DNA from: a virus
Virus record (IMG/VR): IMGVR_UViG_3300025133_000038
Location: 55,351 to 119,350 of that record
Length of the DNA: 64,000 nt
Direction: 5' to 3' (one strand)
A program made the position numbers and the translations under genes. The notes beneath the pieces are model-generated. The model saw only the letters and a list, made by a program, of their open reading frames with translations. It was not told the DNA's origin and made no database searches. This document shows positions 57,601 through 63,998 of the stretch, in pieces. Positions within the stretch are counted from its first letter, which is position 1. Each line of letters opens with the position of its first letter.

Positions 57601-57758
57601 TTTAGAGCTGTTACTTGTCTTTGTGTGGCTTTGTTTAGACGTAAGGTTATAGAACCATCTAAAGCTGATAGTTCTGCCTTCGCCTTCTTAACTACTTTAC
57701 TTAAACCTGTTGGTCCTGCGAAGTTAAGTACTGCTGTCAGATTGAATGCACTAGCCAT
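48624..57758 (-). CDS. tail tape measure protein (3044 aa)
   Basis: N-terminal TP901-type TMP core (FERQLVKIAQV...LAQTG...IATGLRTVFTRI), Ala/Gly-rich helical body, position after tail tube and chaperones. Confidence 0.9.
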   Translation of the reverse strand: MASAFNLTAVLNFAGPTGLSKVVKKAKAELSALDGSITLRLNKATQRQVTALNKELQAVDKTLTSIAAKSAAAAASLGSMGKSASAAATGLAKTSSAAKAAATGVKATGDAAKEATTFMFELGKAGGLALKRFAGFSIATGLVFGFVRAISSAASEAINFERQLVKIAQVGDRSIGSLSSLTKEITRLSTTFGTSSASLLEVSRSLAQTGLSARDTKVALEALAKSDLAPTFGQIKQTTEGAIAAMRQFRIGAQDLEKVLGSINAVAGKFAVEAEDIIAAVRRTGGVFAAASGDVETFTNSFKLEKLQEFIALFTSVRATTRESAETIATGLRTVFTRIQRGSTIVHLKELGIQLQDTEGNFVGAFKAVERLSDGLKNLDPRSAKFNQLVEELGGFRQVGKVIPLIQRFGDAQKALKVAQQGQDSLATDAAKAQKTLAVQIAQTREEFSALIRDLTNTSSFKTIATIVLTTAKSLITLAGAVKPVLPLLTAFAAIKVASAASQFGKGFFGGLREGSGGAGGAKSLGSATAKAATGGGSAAISANTTMVKANTTALINLTNVIKSSKKFSGGGKVLGFNTGGVVPGQGSSDTVRADLTPGEFVIRKKVAEGIGHENLQRLNRGGSAKFNLTTRGRSPGNVGRKKQALMQKIEQAEEKASLTEEEREMLVSNRARLREINKSRTSRFSKKFGYNKGGRVRFADGDSTSRRMKGAPPNYINLEEAKKALAAGRKLFTGSGISDNIQRLSEADLIQLAGSDEYLNATNAEPKNTKGVRDILKNSFQKKVYFNKEHSLKIDDLAKIEAEEAIETEGAIKIGLVGLGPNPIEGANPFTSKTPTDKKKVVVYKGTLGDKFQDKAEAGIEGDLETAVKNTSSAMAGRLSAGKSTNIKEAMAATDMTAAAGIIFEAALGSLGAPFEGQKGVFGKSIDFPLGLGKKLASRENFNIPSDIPTDATRTIGSYGKNNTKFLKQVQNFLRGDKKTFKDTGKSRFGTDKGRDKRGSQSLVRQAQLEQRENLKIPDEFFNRGGSARGISPKDTIPALLTPGEFVFNKDAVDRIGEDNLRKMNQGKVQGFNKGGFVGDRVRLARGSKKKVRGAANKEKERLKREAEREQKELAKASKGLNVVPSPQAQATAAAQAAGAPAGTTVTPVQPTPQAKQQQKQQQSQQKKQQKQQKQTTQASGKVRDELANLAKRLKAAGATTAEMIEGIRAAKGKLDKGDSVKNATRAARNRIASSRQGFQPLDPRLANARTYTPGETLIHRDYNNAKSKKESAKFPGDVQATLDSARAGGAFVNGQPPVQQGPTGFQKTGRFRDKAKAKIAERKAAGRQKALGAFQAGAGGLAFAAPALLAQLQTPGKKQNAGLAAGAGALSGAASGAAAGSVFGAPGIIIGAGLGAAASGIDSFNKAVKSNAMLELNKATKELAISFKTFELTKDDSGTQARIKRVLESSSDVTNASKNELTLFGTLANAFDEFLPGVNKNRTETLRQAGRQSSSGVIGAVGATIGDLYGGGDGEAGIRALREQEKIVNKVDTQEFLDRSAPAIGNNTAVLAHKLQEGSLTLEEATADIDSFFSSGPFKGLDAGLIKTAKEAELAAIQMAAAKSAADLAGKEFDNIGSRVNVASQALVVFESTLKTQNAAIKSISADINNGPGAGVTTLNAVNPFEAPLTKSTEEIAKNFENFARTTGIVGTQLEKDLKAGIVGSRQIEEVMKEALLGAVSGGEKLNAAQIIDNIDSSGALSSLPEQLQKIVRQNLEGALASRQSEGGTFDTERIQSFLNDGDLTGVLAPLAKKIAEQGQVFVKALATLNSQYETSLNNFIALQNKVNAAQDQVLLNTAKNALVLDKAAGNILSIDQQARPEDDQLARLQARGGANPLGGVAGITTRIAELEAEKEGIDSRRLALAGGDAQGADTIASLDALAEEERLNSEALNANNKALGLMAKSTVRLTAIQSKLAEIENRRAGAKNLVQEIAEANPLQRREIAREVDLAGRLRAGEQLQGPALAKATKRLEQIAALQSPEEAKVTRKIISDARLRAAGPVTRGLDIDLGDGQTIEGLASTDKGETSGEKELIIQMKAVFEIQRKAQQAQADYMAGKLPEVWNKTTSAFAAGVTAFETAVKLDAAERKKALEAGKIDEDGTLASKKTLKEAEGALRTAKSDTDAADARVLAAETKLDKAKKPLSRAEEARIAKLEPLTRKTASEKELTDKADAKFKEADALTEKKGGTVVQQNKRRRKIRELQEEGLDFSQKAAAKAQVRKDATNEIANIKRSKDPEAVAAAQEALYKARNQATIASQKELDAERLVVKKGNQLRDAENKAIQKRQNSSLTPTQLASQAHTPTTGVLRYDPASAPTPASPINYTDPDIFRLHLNKGGSVPGAGNTDTVNAKLTPGEFVVNKTAANRHSGLLSAINSGGVRLASGGLLGSLFNAGRKLFGFNDPEEDKSDQVQTQSSGPGQGFFASHAQSIVQNGFGRGDVYGPSGGFGARGRRNAKAKSLGLDPSTATNQDIKRAEDKKRRDEIVRRFSRQDGVSEQEAQRRANKIIPGEGPQHLGAQIDKALEEENSNSNNSRVSFNRKRLTPQEIAQKKREALIAKNEKKRTDRAATIAARKANIESLTPVDKALQGFGADEAAQRANKALGLPLEATSADRTAARIAKAGGPTAGGASRARGRRGLTPGVSTNRRTGPRFVQPESVKKRREERENGHKGLIDKIGAKFDAKVAARQAVQDRSVKGTAEATRTRNSIDNARFELRQLATFGPSKRNSDRIASIVASLEKDGQWALASKLRESQAKHAEQFQASQESSNGITIKAQQRIRARGFGSDTSLYNTPVATSRSKPEETPVFKKRRPGGRRSAYNTGGGVPGIGNTDSIPAMLTPGEFVVNKKGVQANLAVLQAMNRGKKVSGFADGSQENLPFSAPSAGGTQSEMKLDASSQTALNGFATATAQLATVVPSLDGFTQAVTTLNQAAQTLANLTIPETIEVQIAPVQVNVNINGAEALANIEEPIQDMIATQVREALGNSINPITGETQEGTI
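49080..56035 (-). repeat. four copies of protein motif [FLY]NxGG.(V)PG.G..D[TS][VI].A.LTPGEFV..K inside the TMP
   Basis: Copies at about 55945-56035, 54606-54695, 50544-50630 and 49080-49166. Confidence 0.9.
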
Positions 57759-57771
57759 TAAGTTACCCTAT

Positions 57772-57845
57772 AAAAAAGTGGTCATACCGAAAGGATGCAA
57801 AAGAGATATATTTCTCGCCTGCATAACTCTTCCGGTATAACCACT
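57772..57845 (-). terminator. long hairpin + U-tract between chaperone gene and TMP
   Basis: 17-bp basal stem AGTGGTTATACCGGAAG/CTTTCGGTATGACCACT, inner ATGCA/TGCAT and GAGA/TCTC, then a T run. Confidence 0.7.
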
Positions 57846-57855
57846 ATCCATTTAC

Positions 57856-58806
57856 TTAGTTCGTTTCTGAAACGACTTCTTCTTTAGCTTTAGCTTTAGC
57901 CTTAGCTTTGGTCTTGGTCTTCTTCTTAGGTTCTTCTGACTTGGTTTTATCCTTGCCGTAGCCCCAATCATTATCAGCGACCTCAGAACCATCGTCCTCC
58001 AAGAAGGGAGATGCTTCAACCAAATAGTCTCCATCTTCATCAACAAGGACGCCATCCTTATCTACTCGCTTACCCTGAGCGTTTACTAGGTAACCCTCTT
58101 CATCGACCTTATTTCCGTCAATATCAACAAAGTCTCCCTCTTCATTAACAAGTCTTAGCTCATCATCCATGAACCCAAACTTAGTCAAAAAACGGTTTTC
58201 AACAAGACCCTTTTCATAGTTGTCATCGACACCATAAAGGTCTTGAGCCAAGATGTTAGCGCCTTGAATGGCTACTTTATTAGTGTTGTTGTTTAAGTAG
58301 TCTTCATAAGAAGCAAAATATCGTTTCTTACTATCATTATACACCACACAAGAAGAAACAAGACAGTTAAACTGCTCTGCATCAGCCTGTCCCTCAGCGG
58401 AATTAACATCCATTGCTGTTCGAGCTGACAACATACCAAAGATTTCACTCCTAAGTCGCTTAATCTCTAAGGCAATAGCCCTAGCAGCCGACAACTTAAT
58501 ACCACCCTTAGCCAGCGCCTTCTCCTTCTCTAGGGACTGCTTTTGCAATCCTTGAAGCTCAGCGGCCTTCTCGTCGTTCCACAAACCCTGGGCTCGTAGC
58601 ACATCATCCATCTTTGACCTAACAATAGTATTACTATTTAGACAATTGCTAAATGTTATATTATATATTTTTTTAGCCTCTTGGTAATCCTTAACGGATG
58701 GTTTAACCACGGCTAAATTGACCTTCTTCTTAACTGGCTTGTCTTCACCAGGAACATTAACGTCAATTTCTACTTCGAATGTTTCGATAATATTATCGCT
58801 CATCAC
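57856..58806 (-). CDS. probable tail assembly chaperone
   Basis: Position before TMP; short repeats VNEEG/VDIDG/VDEEG/VDKDG/VDEDG; Lys-Ala tail. Confidence 0.55.
   Translation of the reverse strand: MMSDNIIETFEVEIDVNVPGEDKPVKKKVNLAVVKPSVKDYQEAKKIYNITFSNCLNSNTIVRSKMDDVLRAQGLWNDEKAAELQGLQKQSLEKEKALAKGGIKLSAARAIALEIKRLRSEIFGMLSARTAMDVNSAEGQADAEQFNCLVSSCVVYNDSKKRYFASYEDYLNNNTNKVAIQGANILAQDLYGVDDNYEKGLVENRFLTKFGFMDDELRLVNEEGDFVDIDGNKVDEEGYLVNAQGKRVDKDGVLVDEDGDYLVEASPFLEDDGSEVADNDWGYGKDKTKSEEPKKKTKTKAKAKAKAKEEVVSETN
58336..58345 (-). promoter_or_regulatory. internal class-2 motif GGTGTATAAT
   Basis: Exact motif on coding strand about 580 nt upstream of TMP start. Confidence 0.35.
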
Positions 58807-59209
58807 TTTTCTCCTTGTTGTCCGCTGTAATTGTGATACTCTTAACAGGTAATTTTAGCTGATAGCCATTGTATTCAACATCATAATGTGCTGACTCTTC
58901 TTTAATAGCCCTCAACTGATTGTTTCCATTATTCAGAACTTCAGTACGAGTTACGTCCCAAATTTCTCTCCATACTCTTTCCTCTTCTGTGAGGTCGCTA
59001 GGTGCTTTACCATGACCCCATAGCTCGCCAAATCTCTCTTCAAACCGCGATAGAGAACCAATCATAGTAGTCTTAAACTTCTTCTCTATTACATTATCAA
59101 GTTTACGTCGGGAGTTAGCCGAAGTACGTTCCTGATTAGCCTTTTTCTGAGCCTCTTTTAACTTCTTGTTTGTAAGGAAGTCGGTGAGGTTTTTTGTCTT
59201 CTCTCCCAT
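58793..59209 (-). CDS. hypothetical tail-region protein
   Basis: AGGA SD; 138-aa ORF in tail operon. Confidence 0.7.
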   Translation of the reverse strand: MGEKTKNLTDFLTNKKLKEAQKKANQERTSANSRRKLDNVIEKKFKTTMIGSLSRFEERFGELWGHGKAPSDLTEEERVWREIWDVTRTEVLNNGNNQLRAIKEESAHYDVEYNGYQLKLPVKSITITADNKEKSDER

Positions 59210-59220
59210 TTTGTTTTCCT

Positions 59221-60291
59221 TTATCCTTTACTAGATTTAACATTCTGAGATAGCAATTGTGCAGCCTCAGTTCTTATTCTTATTTGCTGGTCGGGCAATG
59301 CAGCGTCATGCAATTTACCACCAGCGGCCTTAATAGCGGCCTCTCTCTGCTTCTTAATCATTTGGTTTGGCATATCATTCAAAGAGTTAATCTTCTTAGC
59401 ATCCTTCTGTGAGCCTGCTACTACGAATAATTCATTTGCGCTCTCATGCTTGCCACCAGTAATATCATCAACCATTCTTTGATTCTTATCTTTCTCGCCC
59501 TTACGTCGCTCTTTAATCATCCACCCATCAAAAGCATCATCGTCATTTAGTATGTCTTCATCAGGACAATCAGGATGTTCATAAGCACTATCGTACATCC
59601 TACTCATCTGACAAAGCAACCTTTGGTCATCAGTTAGTTCAACAGAAGGTTTTCCAAATGGATTTCCACTAGCCTTACCTAAAGACCAATAACCCCGCCA
59701 TGATTCCATACGAGATAAAAATCTAATTTGACCCTCATCTATACGGCGTGAGTTTAATATGCGAATTATTTTGTCGAGCAGGGAAAAATTGGCGTCAAAT
59801 ATCTCTTCCTCTGCGAAAACAGGGCGGCCTTGCTCGTCTTTCATAGTCATGGCAACAAGGGCTTGCATCTTTATTATTTCGGCATAGCCCTCTCTAGTCA
59901 TTGCATCATACTGGTGGCGGCTCATGTGCATTTCTGCAACTTTGGACTTTACCTTTCCTAGTATAGTGCGAATTTTATCTTTTTTCTTAGAGTCAAATGC
60001 CGATTCAAATAGTTCGACCTTTAGGTCTTCTATGCGTGTTTCGATTTCTTTGAAGTTTTCGTCTATCTCTTTAGAGATTTGTCCCAGTGAGATAAGCAGG
60101 CGTTTATTGACGAAATCAGTAGTCCACATGTCATAGGCTGTATCTTCATACGCCTCTTGTGCTATTTCTGCTGCTCGCCGCTTTTGGGAGATAGTCGGAC
60201 TGTGTACTTGATACGTTTTACCTTCAACGCGCACTACAACGTGACCCGACATTATTTGATATAAGAGGGTCTCTGCCTCTTTACTTTCCAT
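59221..60291 (-). CDS. probable tail assembly chaperone
   Basis: Follows tail tube; YDSAYEHPDCPDEDILNDDDAFDGW motif; AGGAG SD. Confidence 0.55.
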   Translation of the reverse strand: MESKEAETLLYQIMSGHVVVRVEGKTYQVHSPTISQKRRAAEIAQEAYEDTAYDMWTTDFVNKRLLISLGQISKEIDENFKEIETRIEDLKVELFESAFDSKKKDKIRTILGKVKSKVAEMHMSRHQYDAMTREGYAEIIKMQALVAMTMKDEQGRPVFAEEEIFDANFSLLDKIIRILNSRRIDEGQIRFLSRMESWRGYWSLGKASGNPFGKPSVELTDDQRLLCQMSRMYDSAYEHPDCPDEDILNDDDAFDGWMIKERRKGEKDKNQRMVDDITGGKHESANELFVVAGSQKDAKKINSLNDMPNQMIKKQREAAIKAAGGKLHDAALPDQQIRIRTEAAQLLSQNVKSSKG

Positions 60292-60406
60292 ATAAGCTCC
60301 TGCTTGTCCTAGGGATAGGTTAGATTATCCACTTGCCCCGCCAAGGTGTTCTATAAGCGATTTTTGGGCTATCGCAAAATAAACTAACCAACCTCATACA
60401 TTTAAT

Positions 60407-60416
60407 ATTATACACA
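60407..60416 (-). promoter_or_regulatory. class-2 promoter variant TGTGTATAAT
   Basis: Directly downstream of the tail-tube terminator, so likely restarts transcription. Confidence 0.6.
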
Positions 60417-60436
60417 ATAAGTGGTCAAATGTTGAG

Positions 60437-60474
60437 AAAAAAATAGGACGTAGCCCCAAATGAGGCTACGCCCT
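60437..60474 (-). terminator. Rho-independent terminator after tail tube gene
   Basis: AGGGCGTAGCCTC-ATTT-GGGGCTACGTCCT-ATTTTTTT on - strand. Confidence 0.9.
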
Positions 60475-60488
60475 TTAAATCTGACATC

Positions 60489-61646
60489 TTACAGTAGGTG
60501 TGTTGCTCTCGCTGTCCACCAAGCTGAACCACTAGCGTGTGGGTCATTCAAGTGCAAGACCGTTAGGTCGTTGAACGTGGAGTAAGAGTAAGTTACACTT
60601 ACGTTACCACCACCAGAATCACCACCGGTATAGTTCACAGAAGATAGCTTGTTCTTAGTACCAAGCCATAGTCTAGTACCTTCACATGTTGCAACACGGA
60701 TAGAAGCATCAACTAAGTTGCCTCCGCTATCGCATGGGTGAGTACCAGTACTGTAAATACCGTCTTCCGTTGCGGAAATCAAGTCACCAGAGTGAGAAGT
60801 AACTTCAAACTCACAGGTCACTTCGATTGGGAATGTTACGACACGGTGATAGGGACCACGACGACCAAGCTCATTAATCTCTTCACGACCAAGGTCGGCA
60901 GAAACGGAGATGCTTGAAAGGTGGGCACCAAACTCAGTACCTGTGTCGATATTATATCCCGTACCATTCAAACCAGAAATACCAGGTATTTCAAGAGGGA
61001 ATGCACATACGTCGTGAATCTCAATACCGATGGAGGCATTACCCGTACCCATGATAAGGTTTTCACGTCGGTTTACTCCACCAGAACCAGTTGGCTCGTC
61101 GTCATTATTCTGGAACGGAGTAATAACAATATTTTCGTTAGCAGGCAGCGTAGCTGTTGCGTTAGGGTCATTACTCCAAACCTTGTTGTTTCCAACCAAA
61201 GTAACGTCTTCAGTGAAGTTATCTTCTAGTGGGAAGTTGTATGACAATGAAGATACAAACATTCCTGAGCAGTTCAGGCGTGAACCTGGGCTACCACTAG
61301 CGGATTCTTGAGTGTCGTCGAAAATTTCGAGTCCAATCACACACTTAGCATTAGAGCGACCAGCCAGTGTTGGGCCAGTAGCATTAGTTGTTGATTCGTG
61401 ATAAATCAATGGGTAACCATCCAGAACCTTAGTCAACGAGACTTCGACATCTGGTAGGTCTTCGATATTATCGTAGATAGCCAACTGACCTAACTCAAAG
61501 ACTTGCTCCAAGTTAAAGTTAGTGGTAATACCTACAGACTGTGCACCACGAATAGCGTTTAGGGTAGACGATAGAATGTCTCCATTATCATCAAGGCCCT
61601 TAGCGCCAACGGCGTGTACAGCATAGTAAATTCGCTTATTTGCCAT
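60489..61646 (-). CDS. major tail (tube) protein
   Basis: Own promoter, AGGAG SD and terminator; QSVGITTNFNLEQVFELG...REEINELGRRGPYHR tube-like beta pattern. Confidence 0.7.
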   Translation of the reverse strand: MANKRIYYAVHAVGAKGLDDNGDILSSTLNAIRGAQSVGITTNFNLEQVFELGQLAIYDNIEDLPDVEVSLTKVLDGYPLIYHESTTNATGPTLAGRSNAKCVIGLEIFDDTQESASGSPGSRLNCSGMFVSSLSYNFPLEDNFTEDVTLVGNNKVWSNDPNATATLPANENIVITPFQNNDDEPTGSGGVNRRENLIMGTGNASIGIEIHDVCAFPLEIPGISGLNGTGYNIDTGTEFGAHLSSISVSADLGREEINELGRRGPYHRVVTFPIEVTCEFEVTSHSGDLISATEDGIYSTGTHPCDSGGNLVDASIRVATCEGTRLWLGTKNKLSSVNYTGGDSGGGNVSVTYSYSTFNDLTVLHLNDPHASGSAWWTARATHLL

Positions 61647-61698
61647 CAGAAAACTCTCCTATAAATTGTTTGCAGTAGTCAAGCGATGGGTGTAATTA

Positions 61699-61708
61699 AT
61701 TATACACC
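61699..61708 (-). promoter_or_regulatory. class-2 promoter GGTGTATAAT
   Basis: Exact motif in intergenic gap upstream of tail tube. Confidence 0.7.
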
Positions 61709-61712
61709 GGAA

Positions 61713-62711
61713 TTAAACATTACCGTAAACTATCTCCAATGTTGCCGTTACTGTACCCTCATAAAGGTTAGGATGTATAGCCTGAACCTCAGATAAGACA
61801 CAATTTTCAAACCAACACTTTTTATAGCGATATCCACCCTCAGCCACCAAATCAGGATACACATTTGAATTGGCGATGTCACCATTAGAATCTAAGGGCC
61901 AAACATCAGCCGCTATAATAGCGTCAGTATCAAACAACCAGATAGTTTTATCCTTCTGGAACCGAAAAGTATCCACAAGGTTGTTCCTCATATAAGAATC
62001 CTCTGCCACTATGTGAAACATCACATCTTGGCTAATCTTGAGAGAACCGTTTCCTAACTCATATCCTTCCGATGTTCCTCTTGGTACTGCCTCTACTACG
62101 ACTGCTGGCAATTGAACACGGTGTTGTCCATTAATGGACCATCCACCGCCCGCTGAGTCCTGCTGAAGGAAGTCAGAGTTATCTCCGTCGAAAGAGTGCG
62201 TCTGAATCTCCCTAAACCATTTTGCCTTATCCATAGTGTAAGTGTGTACCCAGCGAAATGCATATTCCGCCCTCACCTCTACTGTAGTGGCCTTTGCCGT
62301 ATTGAAAATTATCCTTCCAAGACGATAGTTAACCACATAGTTAGAAGAGCTTTCTAGGACACCATCTACATATACTGTTACCGTGTTAGGGTTATATGTA
62401 GCTGCGTCTACTGGACTAACATAGTCCACTCCTTGTTCCCAGACCCACTGCATCCTAAATGCTTCCCAAACTTGACCCGAAGTATAACTTGGGTCATCAA
62501 CTAGCCTGCACCTTGCAGGGTCAGCCGTCTTTGGGAAGGAAGTATTACTGCCGCCGCCGGGAGTGTAATCTACATCCCACCAGTTGCCCATTTGCATGAA
62601 CGCCCAGTTTATATATTGTTCTAGGTTTGTCTCCAAATTATTTAATAATAGAACATCCCCAATAGCATCAGGGACTAATTTGAATTTTGTATAATCTGGA
62701 GAAGCTACCAT
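61713..62711 (-). CDS. tail terminator/completion protein
   Basis: Gene before tube; VQLPAVVVE...GYELG...DVMFHIVAED...RNNLVD. Confidence 0.55.
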   Translation of the reverse strand: MVASPDYTKFKLVPDAIGDVLLLNNLETNLEQYINWAFMQMGNWWDVDYTPGGGSNTSFPKTADPARCRLVDDPSYTSGQVWEAFRMQWVWEQGVDYVSPVDAATYNPNTVTVYVDGVLESSSNYVVNYRLGRIIFNTAKATTVEVRAEYAFRWVHTYTMDKAKWFREIQTHSFDGDNSDFLQQDSAGGGWSINGQHRVQLPAVVVEAVPRGTSEGYELGNGSLKISQDVMFHIVAEDSYMRNNLVDTFRFQKDKTIWLFDTDAIIAADVWPLDSNGDIANSNVYPDLVAEGGYRYKKCWFENCVLSEVQAIHPNLYEGTVTATLEIVYGNV

Positions 62712-63362
62712 TTATTTTACCTGTTTTATTAGTTCAGTCTGAATCAAAGCTACTATTTCTGCCTCTGTGGTCTCTAACGCCCTAGTAACAAAATTATTAC
62801 GAGCAGTACCAGCAAAACCAGGAGGCACGCGCCATCTTCTACCCTTACCTCTTACCATTAGGGCTCGCCCTGTTCTACCCCTTCTTGCTGCACGAGGGTC
62901 AAAAGTCACCCCATAGTCCCTTACTATAACTTTGTTACCAAAAGTAAGCAACCACTCTAGCCAAGGTAATTCTACACCTTTTTCTGTAGTTATCCTCGCT
63001 GCTGGGTGAGCTAGGGCGTCTGCCCAGTCTCTTTGTATAGCAACTAAGGTAAAACCACCTCTTATTCCAGCCTTAATAGAGCGAACGGGTTTGATTATAA
63101 CCTTAACGCTGTTAGCCCAAAGGTCTATGATTGCATCTAGTTTCGCAATATCTGCCATACCAATCTCACCACCCAACTTACCAAACTGAATTGACAAGTA
63201 CTCGCCAGTACTCTTAATAGCCTTAATCAGTATCTCTCTAACCTTTGGAGTTAAAGAGATTGCAGTTCTATTAAGAGCAGAGTTTAAGTCTTTTAACAAT
63301 GCTCTTTGGGCTTCAGCCTGAATAACCTTTTGAGTCGGAAGCTTTGCTGTTACTTTAACCAC
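62712..63362 (-). CDS. neck/tail-completion protein
   Basis: Basic; LPWLEWLL, WRVPPGFAGTARNNFVTRA. Confidence 0.5.
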   Translation of the reverse strand: MVKVTAKLPTQKVIQAEAQRALLKDLNSALNRTAISLTPKVREILIKAIKSTGEYLSIQFGKLGGEIGMADIAKLDAIIDLWANSVKVIIKPVRSIKAGIRGGFTLVAIQRDWADALAHPAARITTEKGVELPWLEWLLTFGNKVIVRDYGVTFDPRAARRGRTGRALMVRGKGRRWRVPPGFAGTARNNFVTRALETTEAEIVALIQTELIKQVK

Positions 63363-63876
63363 CTATTTTTTTCCACATAGTTGTGAAGTGCGTAGTAGCA
63401 CCAAAACCGCAAGGCTCAGGCTCACTAGCTCTCTCAAAGGTATGGCGAACCTTACCTTCCAGGTCTTCATCTACAACTAGCTTATTAACCCTCTTCAAAA
63501 TCAGAAGGTCATCAATACTAGTCAAGGTTTGGACATGCACTTCTGGAGCATTGATTCTTGATGCAGAAGCAACAGTATTAATCCAACTTTTCGAATCCCA
63601 AAGGACACATATATAAACAGTATCACCCGCCGTGGAAGTATCCTCAACAGCATCCCCATGTGGGGCGAATCGAGGACCGCCGTGTAGGAAGATGGGAGAG
63701 GGCTTATTCCCTATGGGGTCTACAGCATTACCACCAGTGATGGCTTCTGTTTTACTACCCTCATAGATGGGACGACATGGAACTGTGAGGGCCGCATCCT
63801 CTAGGAGCGAATCTATCATATTTTTCCACATCGTCTTCATCTCTGTGGTTATAATACCTGAAAAGGGATTTGTCAT
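63355..63876 (-). CDS. head closure / head-tail joining protein
   Basis: ATG 63876 coupled by TAATG; ends EPEPCGFG..HFTTMWKK. Confidence 0.5.
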   Translation of the reverse strand: MTNPFSGIITTEMKTMWKNMIDSLLEDAALTVPCRPIYEGSKTEAITGGNAVDPIGNKPSPIFLHGGPRFAPHGDAVEDTSTAGDTVYICVLWDSKSWINTVASASRINAPEVHVQTLTSIDDLLILKRVNKLVVDEDLEGKVRHTFERASEPEPCGFGATTHFTTMWKKIGG

Positions 63877-63998
63877 TATTGCATTTCTCTCCAAGTCATA
63901 CTGGCTTCAACATCGTGACCAGCCGTTCCACCGACAGGTCTCCAACACAATACTATTTCATCTACAGTATCATCTATAGCAGCACCTAGTCGTAGGGC
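63876..63998 (-). CDS. C-terminal end of a virion structural protein (truncated by window)
   Basis: Open frame ...ALRLGAAIDDTVDEIVLCWRPVGGTAGHDVEASMTWREMQ* coupled to next gene. Confidence 0.55.
   Translation of the reverse strand, partial: ALRLGAAIDDTVDEIVLCWRPVGGTAGHDVEASMTWREMQ

Noticed and set aside
57852-58055. Programmed-frameshift tail chaperone extension
   Set aside because: The alternative frame ends only 4 nt beyond the main ORF, and no convincing slippery heptamer was seen
42292-63979. Many short + strand ORFs opposite the tail genes, and - strand ORFs opposite the early genes
   Set aside because: Antisense shadows of long genes with no SD, promoter or recognisable motifs
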